A stretch of DNA of 64,000 nucleotides from assembly GCF_964194025.1 (NCBI RefSeq), contig NC_134470.1, forward strand, positions 71,424,001-71,488,000, in the 5' to 3' direction. The notes beneath the pieces were generated by a model. The model searched no databases. It was not told the origin of the DNA and was given only the letters and a program-made list of their open reading frames with translations. Shown here in pieces: positions 12,001-24,400 of this stretch. Numbering within the stretch: position 1 is the stretch's first letter; each line of letters begins with the position of its first letter. This DNA is from Convolutriloba macropyga (Eukaryota). The position numbers and the translations under genes were made by a program.

Positions 12001-13709
12001 TCCTGAACTAATGTTTTCTCGGGGTTTTAGACCACGTTGAAAAGTGAACATGAGTAACTTTGCAGCATATAAAGAATCAAATAATCATTAAAAAATTCTG
12101 ATCCAGATTGAAAAAACACGTAGAAACGGTACGTTGCTTTAGGGAAATGATCATTTTTGAATGTTAATTCAAGAACCGACTAACTTTAGGGATTTTGACT
12201 GTTGTTGATTGATGTCTTTAAGAAACATTTTTTGACAGATTTTATATGAGATGACTGTTTTAGAACGGGTTATTTTAGTACATAATGAGCGGTTTTGATA
12301 TTTTATATCATAAAACAGCTCAACTTTCACCAGTGCTCTCTCATTTTTTGAACAAACTATAAGGCTCAGAGTATACAACGCAAAATGCTTTCTCAAAACT
12401 CGGAACTCTGTTTGATTAGAAGTAATCGTTCAGTCTTTCTCTTTAGATTGTTTAAAATGAATTTTTCATTGTTTCCTGTTTTTTTTGCTTAAATTTTTCC
12501 CATTATTTGTTGTTTCCTTCTTTAAAAAGTGACATAGGGTATAAACTACCAATCTACAAAAAATGTGCTAAGTTTATATGAATAAAGGCGGTTTTACCTC
12601 AAATTATGCCACATTATATTTTAAATTTTGAGTGATTCAAACTGAGCATTTGTAATTTAGTGAAAACTTCAACTTTAATCAAATGTTCTCACAAAAAACG
12701 TTGCGCATAACTTTTTTTGAGATCTCAATTTCAATGTTTGGTTCAACAGAAAAAACCAAAAATAACACCCGAGAGGTTTATAAAAGTTTTGCTGAGTTAT
12801 CGTTTTCTCACAGTATTAGACAGCCGTTTTTGAAAGGTGAAGTTAGGTCATTTGCCATTCTAGAAAGTAGTACATTTTCATTTCAAAATTCTTGATCCTT
12901 TTTTGGCCAAGACAAGTCAAAAACTGTCTTTGTTTCTGATCATGATTGTTTTTGATACTGGTTTTCCGGAATCTGCCTATTCTTATGGATTTTGACGCTT
13001 TTTGAGTGGTATTTTTAGATGGCAGTTTTGATAATATTTTTTAGAAGGCGAGCGTGTCAGATCGTTTTTGCTGTAAGCTGTAAGTCAAGGACTGAAACCT
13101 TTTAAAAGTCATTTTTGAATACCTAGTTTTTACATAAGATGCATTCGAACTTTTTCATGAGATGTGATCAATTTCTTAAAAATGTTTAAATTTCTCAAGT
13201 TCTTAAAATGATGAAGAGTAATTCTTCTGAATACAGTTATATTAGAGATTTATTCATTCAAAGACATTTTGAGCATCTGAAGAAAAAAATATTATTTTTC
13301 TTGGCTAGCAAAGCGCACTGAGAAGAACGCCACCTATCATCCTCATCTCATAACATTATTATAATACAACAATGTCAAAGATAAGAGAAAAACCGCTCAT
13401 TTTCGAAAAAAACTTGTAATTCTTTAAGTTCTGAAACAGTTGGAAAATTCATAGGTTAGTTTTAAAAATGATTTTTTACTAAAAAAATACCACTACGAAA
13501 GCGAAAATGCTAAGTAAAAAACGCTACTCTTTTCAGTTATGTGCGTTTTTGATTAAAAATGCATTTTTTGCTTATGTTTTCAGAAAAAGTGGGTTCTACT
13601 TACTTTCGAATTCACATGGGAAGATAAGTCTCAAGGTCGGCGTGATAACTTGCTTGCAGCTTGTCTCACAACGAGACCCAAAAATGTCGGCCGGGTTCTC
13701 TTTTTTCAT
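8698..13709 (-). CDS. Gene B: uncharacterised Cys-rich protein (~207-211 aa), 3 coding exons
   Basis: Exons 13709-13604 (ATG...A|GTAAGT, phase 1), 10751-10544 (ATTAG|AA...TG|GTACGT, phase 1/2), 9007 (or 9019)-8698 (TTTTAG|G, phase 2, TGA). Phases are compatible, there are no internal stops, and the product aligns with gene A. Confidence 0.75.
10121..10167. repeat. (ATT)n microsatellite
   Basis: Run of about 11 ATT units near 10134-10167. Confidence 0.8.
10544..10751 (-). CDS. Gene B exon 2: TKSATKISSFRTCRFPEIWVKHRMFKNHLLPYVLKCNNDPAQCVRRQYPFVAFFGNTRATQLQWTCRE
   Basis: 208-nt GC-richer island with AG acceptor and GTACGT donor; open frame overlaps ORF 10429-10692. Confidence 0.75.
10846..11522. 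mobile_element. Non-autonomous DNA transposon (CMC/EnSpm-like MITE), TCTGATCAGA family, copy 1
   Basis: Imperfect TIRs CCCAGGTTGAG...CTCAACCTGGG, flanked by TC on both sides (2-bp TSD). Many subterminal TCTGATCAGA palindromic motifs; internally deleted relative to 21507-22676. Confidence 0.75.
13604..13709 (-). CDS. Gene B exon 1: MKKENPADIFGSRCETSCKQVITPTLRLIFPCEFE
   Basis: ATG at 13709, consensus donor GTAAGT; matches the gene A N-terminus (FG..C...C..I.TPT....FPC). Too short for the ORF track. Confidence 0.75.
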
Positions 13710-14407
13710 GCGTGTCCCCAAAACTGGAATTGAACTCTTCAGATATGATCGAGCAATTGTTGCCCAATAAGCAAGTGATGGACCTTTTCAAGACATCTTT
13801 CCCTCTCTTACAAATTGGAAACACGATTTCTATATTAGTAGATTTAACACGAGTAAATTAGGTTGCAAGAGATACTAAAGTTTGCATAGTTCGAGTATCC
13901 CAGGATGCTGGTCATACAAATGTTATGAGTTGCTTTCAGCAAAAAGTCGCCAATCGCGAAAATTTGGCAAATTTTTTTGGGCGAGGTCTGAGTGCTTTTG
14001 TACTAATAAGGGCGACTGGAAAAAAATTGAGTATGGTCATGAGTTTAGTTTTATGAATGTCAAATATATTATTAGATGCCTCTTACAATGGTGCCCTAGT
14101 AATTGATTTCTCCATTAACGGGATCTGCGTTACCATACAAAGCTGATAAAAGTTTTCTTAAACATCAAATAAAACATGCGTGGTTTCTTAAGCCATACTT
14201 CCCGGTCATAAATGCTTTCATTCTTAGCATTCATAATTGTGTTCCCCTGTTAAGATTGAAAACCATACAAGAACAAATGATCTTGTTAACTGGAGTAAAA
14301 AAACCTTCAATGGCCTTAATTGGCTATGGTTATCTGCAAAACCAAAATATTTCTGTACAAAAATATTCCCACAATTGATTGAAGATGTAGAATGCTTATG
14401 AACAGAG

Positions 14408-16635
14408 ACAAGGATGCTCGGTAATGTGCGTTCGCACATAACGTTGTGACCCCGCTTGTTCCACAAGTGTGGCCTAATTGTCTAATAAACGATGAAGAGA
14501 TAAACTAAACTTTTAAAATAACTCAAAAAAATTGACAAAAATAATTGGTGTATGAATGAAAAAAATTCAAACTCCAATCACTAATTAAAGTAGCGTAAAG
14601 ACACACTGTTAGGCCAATGTGACCTGCCATTATTAAGACTACGAGACAGAACAAACACAAAAAATCAAATAACAAACATTTACATCCAAAATTCATTGTC
14701 TATTTTTTAAAAAAAAAAACTACGTAAAAACGAGTTCAAATGGTTTTAATAAAAACCTAAACCTTACAGTTTGATAAAATAGTTTGCTATCCTCAACTAG
14801 TTTGCTATCCTCTAGAGTAAAACGTGGGGCCAGACCTTGATGAGACTCGTCAACAAGTAGACAAACAGAACAAAAACGACAAAGTTAAAAAACATATGTC
14901 TATGTTTTCCTGAAAACAAACACATTCAAATAATGAAAATCTTAAGATTTAATTTGAAATCTTAATTTGACAAAGACATGCAAACGTTAGCTAGCAACTG
15001 AAATCCTTGATTAGGTTCCTTTTTTCTCAAACAGAAGCTATTAAAATTTTTCAATACTCTGAATATGTCAGAAGTCGCCCAAATAAACGATAAATAGATA
15101 AAAATCAGAAATAAAATAAACAACTTGCAACAAAAACTGGTATTGAAGCCATTAAAACCGTTAGCAATGCAATAAAAATCTTAGATATATTCTCTTGTTT
15201 TTCTCGTGAACACGATAGGCAAATGGGCTTTGATAGGCTTTGATAGGCAAATCGCAGATAGGCTTTGATAGGCAAATCGCAGTTAATGAGAATAGGTAAG
15301 AAGTAGACAAAGAGAACTACAAATTGTAAAACAAAAAAATATTAGTATTTGATTCTAAAGTCATAAAAACTTTAGCAATAAACGGAAATCAGAAAATGGG
15401 ATGCTTTGTTCTCGCGTTAAAAGCTGCAAAGAACTACATTTATCCAGTGTTTATCATTCAGCAGATCAAACTATTGTTTGTTTTTCCAAAAAAACAACAT
15501 CGAGGCCATTAAAAGAATAGGCGATCCACTAAAAATTTTCGTTTGATATTCAACCTGTACTTGTTCATATCCAAGCGAAAAAACCGTAAAGCCGCAACAA
15601 AACGTAAAAATAATGAAAACGTAAAACCGCATTGAGTATCATTTTTTTTAAATCAATAGAAACATGATGCGAACTGTTTTGCTGACCTTAAGCTACAGTT
15701 TGGCCAAAAAGGAGAAAAAAGTCTCGAAGATCAATAATCCATTGTTGATTTTAAAAAAGCATTCTTAAAAGTGAAAACGACTTTAAGTCATCTACTAAAG
15801 AACTAAATTGGCTTCCAGTTGGACCTTGAAGCCAATTGGACATGTTGTTAGTTCTACTTGATTGGACTGTTTCTTTTCTGTAATTAATGTAGGAAAAAGT
15901 AAACAAAACTAGGAAAACGATTAGACCAAGACTATCCTTGCTATTTCTGTTCTTCTCTTTGGAACACGTATTTGTTCTGATTCCTATTGATAGCTGTAAA
16001 TGGCTTGAAAAAGAAAGGTCAATATATCAAAAGTATATAACCTATTGCATAAATATCGAAATGATTTAGCAAAAAACCGGCCAATTCATAATTCAAGAGC
16101 ACTTGCAAAAGATGCATACGTGAAACTAGCTTTCTTTGGAGTTAACAAAGATTGTCTGAGACGTTTTGACGGGTGTTAACCCGGTCAATGTAAACAAAGT
16201 GGACTAAAGAAGCTTATTTTTTCCATTTTGGATGAAAATGCTGAATTTTGAAAAATTAGGCAAAATTTTTTGTCATAAAATTGGATCAACTAATTCAGAA
16301 ACTCTCTTTTGTTTTTAGAAGTAAACCCATCAAAACTATCGTTACAAATTTTAACTTATTTAAAAAAACAAAAGTGGCCAAAATAGCGTAAAGCCATGGA
16401 AATGAACAATAAGAACAAACGTCAATCAAATGTTCACAAAATTTCAAATCTCGATAACTCTGTGGAAATATGGAACTTTAAAAAAATCTTTTTCTAATAT
16501 ATTTTACGCTGGACGGTTTTTTTTGGTACCACACACAACCCTCTACGATGAATATATCGGTCGGCGAAAATTGACTGAACAAGAAAGCCCGTTGGAGTAT
16601 GTAGTTCCTCCCCCCACCAAAGTGGGTTTGAAAAA
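14408..16635. mobile_element. DINE-1/Helentron-like non-autonomous repeat (putative)
   Basis: Starts ACAAG followed by hairpin ATGTGCG-TT-CGCACAT (14424-14439) and GACCCCGCTT. Ends with hairpin CCCAC-CAAA-GTGGG and an imperfect inverted copy of that motif. Diverged relatives at ~23280, ~25600 and 27350-28285. Superfamily assignment is inference from the architecture. Confidence 0.45.
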
Positions 16636-18029
16636 TTATTCTTATCTAACTGAATGTCATGTTTTTTTAAATTTTTTTTAAAACAGATGAAGTGACACAA
16701 CTAGCATGTACCATCAATTACGTTGAAGTGCATTCCTAAAACTGACCTTCCAATTTTTTGCTAGACAATGAAATTTTACTCCCTGAATGAAGTTAGGTGA
16801 TAGTTTGTGTATGACTTTAAGAAATTTGTCGAGCACTTCAAAATATTTTCACTGAGCATCGTTATATAACATAGCAAGCAGAATATCAGAAAATAGCTGC
16901 TCAAAATACAAGAATAAGCAGTCCCAAATAGAAGAAAAAATGATACCCATAAATATTTTAAAACAGTCAAAGGAATTTTAAATTAGTAGCAGTAAGTAAC
17001 GAATCACTGTGATTCTTAGTGCGGATGTTCCCAGAACCAATATTATTGTAAGTCTTGAATATTTTTTTGCAAGAACACTTTTACACACCACTTGAACTCA
17101 AAAAAGACAAAATATGATGACAGTTTCCAAAACAGGAAAATGTGAAAAGCATGCTAAGTTGGCTAAGTTATCACCTGTGTCTAACACTTATGTCTTCAAA
17201 ACCAAATCTCTCTTGTCAAAATCTTGAAAAAAGCTAACTGTCTAGCAGAAACCTAGTTTGAGATATCAGAGATAGACATAGGAAAAATTGTTCAAAAATA
17301 AATTGTGAACTATAACTCAGCAAGTTTACTTAAAAAATTCTGAACACCTTGAAGTTTATGTTAACATAAAACCCAAATTCGTGCGACTAATACCCGATCA
17401 TTGTGTTCATGCTATTATAAAAAAATTGCCTCTAAATGTCTAAAAACTGGAAAAATTGCAAGAAAATTACTTTTGAAAAACCTTGTAAAAATCAAAGTTC
17501 CCTAAAATCATTGTTTAAGTGGGCGTTGCAAATACAAATATATCAAAAACCTGTAACATCCAATTGACTTAACTAATTTATCTTTTTAAAATTCACACCC
17601 TTTGTTGATTAAGTTCAAAAGGGTTTGTGTTTTATACACGATTGAAGATTTAATTTATTAAAATTTTAAGGGCAATCTGTATTCCAAAAGGTAGATCGCA
17701 CAGGAACTAAGATAATGCGCTGCAGCAGTTTTTGATGAATCGGAAGGTTTCTTTCAAAATTTTGTATGAATTTTTGAATTTTTGGCAAAAATTAAAGTGG
17801 GACACCCTGAAACCCATAAAATAGCCAGTTGTATAATTAAAACTGGACTTTTATCTTGTGCTTCGTTTTGTTTTCGCTCCAGTCCTTGAAAATAAGTACA
17901 ACTGTAAAAAGCAAAAGTTGCCAACCCGGTTTGAGATTCCTTTTGATTTTATTGCTTTCGCAAATTTAGCGCACTTTTATTAAAATTCAGGAATTCGGCC
18001 AAGGATCGTTTTAATTTTGTTGGAGTGTA

Positions 18030-18679
18030 CCCGGGTCGAGGTTTGGCGGTGAATTTTCGTAAGAAATGCGGTGAAATGCGGTGAAAAAAAATAATTTTCA
18101 CCGCGTATTTCTTACATGTTTTTGCGGTGAATGCGGTGAATCGCGGTGAGTTATTTTTTTTCACCGCGTTCTCAGTATTCTTACAAAAAAGAATCGTCCC
18201 TACATGGGTTCCAACCTCTGACCTCCTGCATGCCTTCCAATGCTTATTCCACTGCGCCAACTGTCACTTACTTGTTTGTAATTTCTTGTGAATTTAAATC
18301 AGATTGAGTAAACTTTGGAAACCATATGCGGTGAATTTTTGTAAGAAATGCGGTGAAATGTGGTGAATTATTTTTTTTCACCGCATCTAGCGGTGAGAAA
18401 AAATAATTCACCGCTTGAGAGAAAGCGGTGAATTATTTTTTTTTCACCGCATTCACCGCATTCACCGCATTTCTTACATTAATTTGCCATAATAGTCTAT
18501 GCGGTGAATTTTTGTAAGAAATGCGGTGAACTTGGTGGTGAATTTTTGTAAGAAATGCGGTGAAAAGCGGTGAATTATTTTTTTTTCACCGCATTCACCG
18601 CAATCACCGCATATCTCACGAAAATTCACCGCATTCACCGCATTTCTTACAAAAATTTACCCAAAAACCTCGACCCGGG
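18030..18679. mobile_element. Non-autonomous DNA transposon (CMC/EnSpm-like MITE), GCGGTGAA family
   Basis: TIR CCCGGGTCGAGGTTT...AAACCTCGACCCGGG, TA on both flanks, many GCGGTGAA/TTCACCGC motifs in both orientations. Confidence 0.85.
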
Positions 18680-20095
18680 TAGGAAATGTTACACGTGACC
18701 ACAGTTCCACAGAAAGACAAGCCACCATTTGTCTGTTGTATTGTCATAAAATCTATAAATGTTTTCAATTAGCATTTGTAATGATTTCATTATGAAACTT
18801 TTAAATGTTATTTTTAATGCATTCATGTGTTGTGTTGATGTTGAAAGCAAATAAATTTAGGCAGTAGAAACCTGGAATAACGAAATGGGAGCGGGAGGTA
18901 ACCATTTTTTTAGCGATTTTCTGGAATTGACTGAGTGGATAGATTTCCAGAACCATTTAAAACTACACAATGTCATAAAAATCTGAGCCGTAGAATGTGT
19001 TGTTGCATTGTACGGGAAATCTTGACAGTTTGCAAAAAGCAACCATTTTGCTTGCACGTTTTCAAGTTTCCGAAACTCAATATTATTTTTACGTATATGT
19101 AAGAGTGAAGAAAAGATGGTTTCCATAGTTTGCTTCCTTTTCTAAGCTTCACAAAATTCCGTAAAAATGTCATGTGTCGACTAAGGATTTTTCATTTTGT
19201 CACACACACACACACTAAAACAACTGCAAATGATCTAACCCATTTATTTCGATGTTCATGAAGCAACTTCAGCAATTCATTCCCGATGGACTTATATACT
19301 TTGTAGATTTTATTCGCAAGAAGTCTAACTAGCTCTTTGAATTTTTTGTTTTTTGAGGTGCTCTAAATTAAAAATTGTTCTGAGAATTAACCGCAAGAAT
19401 TTTACTTGAAGTAACGAAGACAAAAAAGGAAAACTAACTTTTTGGAACAAAAATAAATCCTGCGTGGTAATTGATTGTTTTCTCTTGATCTCAATGAAAG
19501 TAAAACGGTTGAAAACTTAGCATTTAAAGTTTGGCAGTGCCTACTTGTTAATAGGAACAACCGCAACAGTTTTAAGTTGCTTGTCATTAAATCTTAATCA
19601 CTATGTAGCAAAAAAATTTGTTTAGCTTTTTTGGTTACTTTATCAAACTGCTATTTTTGTTTATCTCAAGATGTTTTTAAGTTCGATGCAAAGTTTGCAA
19701 AATGAGATACAGTATGCCAAACCTAATATCAAGTAAAATAACTTGTGTTCATAGATTTAAGCCATATAAAGTTCAAAAAATTTTCGATATCATTACTTTG
19801 CATAAAATAACATTAGAAAAATGCAGACCGAAGTTAAAGTATTATCCGATCAGTTTATTCATAAGCTCTTCCATACGAAAACCCGCATAATTATTTATAA
19901 CTATGTAATTAGACGAGACGCCTTTTTCACACAAAGAATTGTTTGATTCTTCATCCTACGGTCATAAATGTTTAATTTTACACTAGAGAGTTTTAGAGTG
20001 TGTGGTAGCACCAAGAACTAGAGAAAATCTTAGACTTCAATTTAACCAACATAATTTTTTTTTCAATCTCAATTTTCATTGAAAATCCAGAAAGC

Positions 20096-20244
20096 NNNNN
20101 NNNNNNNNNNNNNNNNNNNNNNNNNNNNNNNNNNNNNNNNNNNNNNNNNNNNNNNNNNNNNNNNNNNNNNNNNNNNNNNNNNNNNNNNNNNNNNNNNNNN
20201 NNNNNNNNNNNNNNNNNNNNNNNNNNNNNNNNNNNNNNNNNNNN
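20096..20244. other. Assembly gap (N run)
   Basis: 149 Ns. Confidence 1.
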
Positions 20245-21059
20245 GTAGGTGAGCCCTTGAAAATGACAGACGGTACTTCATTCATGTTCAACGATAGGCC
20301 TATTTTTTACTGTTTCTTCGTCCGGGTGAAATTGTGTTAATCAGCTGATCATGGATGCGACACCGTCTGCCCTTTTTCATATGATTCCCCAGCTGCACTC
20401 GATCACATATATCTCATTGCTCCAAGAAACTAAGATCAACTATAGTAGTCCAGTGTTCTAACTAAACTTATTTTGTCTGACCCCAATTACAACAAAGATC
20501 GATATAATAATGACCATAATGGTTTCATTACAGTGTAGAGGGTATCACCAAAAATACGGGGGAATGGAGTGGATGAAAAGTTTAAATAAAGTGTAATTTT
20601 CAGTTCATACGCTTTTACACTTTTCCCCATAGTTCACAGTGCTTTTCTGTGTTGCTCGATTTTTTCTTCTGTTAAGGATTTTTGACAACGATGACGACCA
20701 ATTACGACATCCGGGTTCAAGGAAAAGACTTAAGAAACAAAGAAAAAAAGCAAAAAGTTTGAAAAGTAGAAAAAGAAACTACAAAAAAGTAGTTTGAAAA
20801 GAAGAAAAAAGCAACAAGGCTAAGGACCTTCTCTGGTTTTGTTGTTGTGATAGATTGATGCCTTTGTTTTTCATGTGATGCTTCTTTTCATTTACTAAAA
20901 ATTCGATTCTTAGTCTTGCCGACAATTTTTTACGCTATAGGAGAGGATGCAGGAGAGCGTTTTTTATCGGTATAAGTGTTTCTACGACGTAGGATAAGTC
21001 ACTTTTGGCTATTCTTGGGCGCTTTTTAACTGGGGTTCTGAACTGAAAAAAATAATCAT

Positions 21060-21223
21060 GAAAAATCTTGCAAAAAAGTTAATACTCTAAGAATCTTTTA
21101 AGAAAAAAAATTTGCAAGAATTTTGTAAGAAAAAGGTAATCTTGTAAAAATCTTGTGAGATTTAGCAACGTCTTGTAAGAATCTTGCAAGATCTTACAAG
21201 ATAACCTTTTGTTTTCGACTCGG
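21060..21223. mobile_element. Truncated MITE end, CTTGCAAG/CTTGTAAG repeat family
   Basis: Repeated aatcttg(c/t)aaga motifs ending in TTTTCGACTCGGG, resembling the ...TCGACCCGGG terminus at 18679; no left TIR found. Confidence 0.5.
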
Positions 21224-21335
21224 GATATTACACCCTTATCCCCACTAATTAGATGTGAATTAAGGGTGAAAATTCGTCCGGGGTTATCAGTGATAAAAGC
21301 AAAATTTTGTCTAGGCTGAAAAGGAAGCAAATTGT

Positions 21336-21437
21336 TTAAGGATGTTTTGATATTCCTCCTTGTTGCGGTGGTTGAACAGAAGCCAAGAGGTCTTGCGAAG
21401 ACTGCCCGCCAATAATTGATGCAATGGACTCAGGCGC
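21336..21437 (-). CDS. Gene A putative terminal exon: APESIASIIGGQSSQDLLASVQPPQQGGISKHP*
   Basis: TTTCAG acceptor, phase 0, GC-richer island ending in TAA. No homology support. Confidence 0.5.
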   Translation of the reverse strand, partial: APESIASIIGGQSSQDLLASVQPPQQGGISKHP

Positions 21438-24400
21438 CTGAAATTTAAACTCCCGTAAAATGGATGGCAAAAGACACGGTTTCTTTTTCAGACGAACTGT
21501 ATCGTTCCCAGGTTGAGGTCCAGACCCAAATTGGTTTATGGTCAGACCCAGTCGAGCGCACACCCATGTGTTCTCAGACCAAAATTACAGGGTCTGGACG
21601 GAAGTTCGAGCGCAGTACAGTCTGGTCGATGGTCTGGAGATGGTCTGATCAGAGGTCAATTTGGTCTGAAGAGTCTGATCATAGGCAGATTCGAGCGCAC
21701 TTGGTTCTGATCAGAGGCGACTTCGAGCGCAATTGGGTCTGATCATAACCTTGTCGAGCGCACTTTGGTCTGATCAGAGGCCAATTCGAGCGCACTTGGA
21801 TCTGATCAGAAATGTTTTCGAACGCAATTGGGTCTGATCAAGGACCAATTCAAGCGCCTTATTTTTTCAATTTTTTTTTGTTTTTTTTTACTTAGAGATG
21901 TTTGCTCTACCAAGAGGCAACAATAGAGCAGCGTTCTGATCACAGACTCATCTAAAGTCCAATAGCTCTGATCATAAAAAGGAATCCAGCTGATAGCAAA
22001 GGCCGGTCCCCTTCAGAGGAAATTTTGATCAACTGGAGACCACGAGATTTCTTGTAGAAAGCTGTCTAAGTTCATCCATTGAGTCAAAAATATACACTAA
22101 ACGGTACACTAAAAAATTGTTCTCAACAGTTGGGTTTCGTTTTCTTAAGCAATATTTTTATGATTGATTTTTCCTTAGATGAATTAAATACTGCAAAAGT
22201 CAGTTTTTATGAAATGCATATATTATAGCAAAAGTAAGGGTTTGTTCAAAAGTAAAATTTTTATCTGATCAGACTATTTTGAACGCATTTGAGTATGATC
22301 AGAACTGCTTTCGAGCGCGCTTCAGTCTGATCTTAAATGGCTACAAGCGCAACTGGGTCTGACCATAAATGCTTCGAGCGCAACTGGGTTTGATCATAAC
22401 CTCCTCAAGCGCACTTGAGTCTGATCATAGTCTGATTAAGGTCTGGGAAATGGTCTGAATTTGAGTCTGGACCATGGTCTGAAGATGGTTTGATCAGAAC
22501 GCCTTCGGTCTGAAAATTCTGATCAGAGACCCTTTGTGTCTGGAAAGTCTGATCAGAGGTAACTTGGGTCTAGAAAGTCTGATCAGGGTTAATTTCCGTC
22601 CGGAAAATCTGATCAGAGATAATTTTGGTCTTGAAAGTCTGATCAGACCAAAATTTGAACTGGACCTAAACCTGGGTTTCAAGAGATTGATATAGAAATT
22701 AGTGACCACATGCTAGAGACATATGCAATTTGAGATAGTGTTACTTGTAGTGATAACATTATAGAGACATAAGAAATAAAGTGGCCAAGCCGACGTCCCT
22801 GACGCAAAATCATATCTGATCAGACCATCCGAATGAACTATGATCAGACCGCATCAGACCGAAATGACTTCTGATCAGAACCAACCGTGCTCGAAATTTT
22901 CTTGCCCTTAAAGTTAGCTTAAAATCACTAAGCATACTCAATTTTGCTCAAATATCAATTCTGGCCAGACGCATATGCGCTCCAAATTGTTTCTAGTTAG
23001 ACTATCATGCACTTGAAGTGCATTCTGATTAAAATATCCTGTGCTTCAAGCGGTCGCTTTGGCAATAACTTTGGCAATAGGAAAAAAAGATAGAGTTCAC
23101 CCGATTTCAACTATATATTAGAAACTGAAATGGATTTGATCTACGAATTGCATGCTAGTTTCCAAGTTTTAAACCTGCGTCAAGCAGAGCTGGTTTAAAG
23201 TAAACAAAGTGGTTCAGAAATTTATTCCATTAAGTGTTAAGTTTTGCTCTGGAACGAGCATGAGGCATTCGTTAATAAAGGAGGCTCGGTAATGTGCGTT
23301 TGCACATAAAGTTCCAGCCCCCATTCATCCGCATTTTTGGCATAGATGTCTACCAAATGAGGCACCGATAGAAACCCACCAAAAATTCAAGTATTTTTCA
23401 AAAAAAATGTATTAACAAAAAGATCGCCTCTAACGAAGATAACTCAATGGAGTAAACAAGAAATGCCGCATTAGATTAATCATATCAGTCATTATTATGA
23501 AAGCAAGTCAAGACGAACAACAAAATCAAACAACCATAAGAACAAACATTAATTACATCCAAAACTTTATCTCCATTTAGAAAAAAACTTGAAAATAAGT
23601 TCAAAAAAGAGTGAGAGCTAAAAGTGAAGCTAAACAGAAAACTGGTATTTCACTAGAAGAGACATGAGACCACTCTTTAATAACGCTCGATAACGATTAG
23701 ACAGAAAAGAACAAAAACAGCTACAAAAAAATTGGCTTATATTTTAGTTTCATTTAAAAAAATTGAAATTTTTATTTTGAAACAATTAGCTTCAAAGTAA
23801 TGAAAACCATAAGATGGCAAATGAAGACATCCAACATGTTTATAATGATGTGCGGCTCAGTAGGAGAGAATTCAGCTCTTTCATTATTCAATTTTTTTAT
23901 GAGGTTCAAAAAAGAACAACAAATAGAGACAACAAACAAAAACTCAATTAAAACTTGCGGGAACACGCTGTCGAAGCCGTAATGCCCTATTTCGCCCATA
24001 AAAATGCATTCCATTTAGCCTTTTTTCTACCAAAAAAATTGTGGCATGTGACCTCTTATTAACCTATTTTCTACCGAAAAAATTGTGGCATGTGACCTCT
24101 TATTAATGAGATAAGGTTAAAATCAGACAAAAAAGAGAAAAAAGGACAAAAAAGTAATACTTTTGTATTTTTCGAAAACAATTATTTTCAAAGTCATGAA
24201 GACCATAAGCTATCTACTAAAACTAGATTCAAGGTTTATATATTCCTCCAAAAAACCAATGAAAACTGTCTTTATCTTTTAAATGTCATGCAACTATAAA
24301 GACAAAGCAAAAACTACAGTCAAAGACGAATGTAAAATATCATTTAATTACTTCGAGAAAGGAGCATCGAAGACAATAATCGATGCCTTTAAAGACTGTC

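Noticed and set aside
20245-20435. Coding-like minus-strand stretch with three in-frame TGA (recoding or selenoprotein)
   Set aside because: No recognisable homology or SECIS, adjacent to a gap; other genes here use standard stops.
21690-21860. CRISPR-like repeat/spacer pattern in TCTGATCAGA arrays
   Set aside because: Degenerate ~30-bp subterminal repeats enclosed by transposon TIRs.
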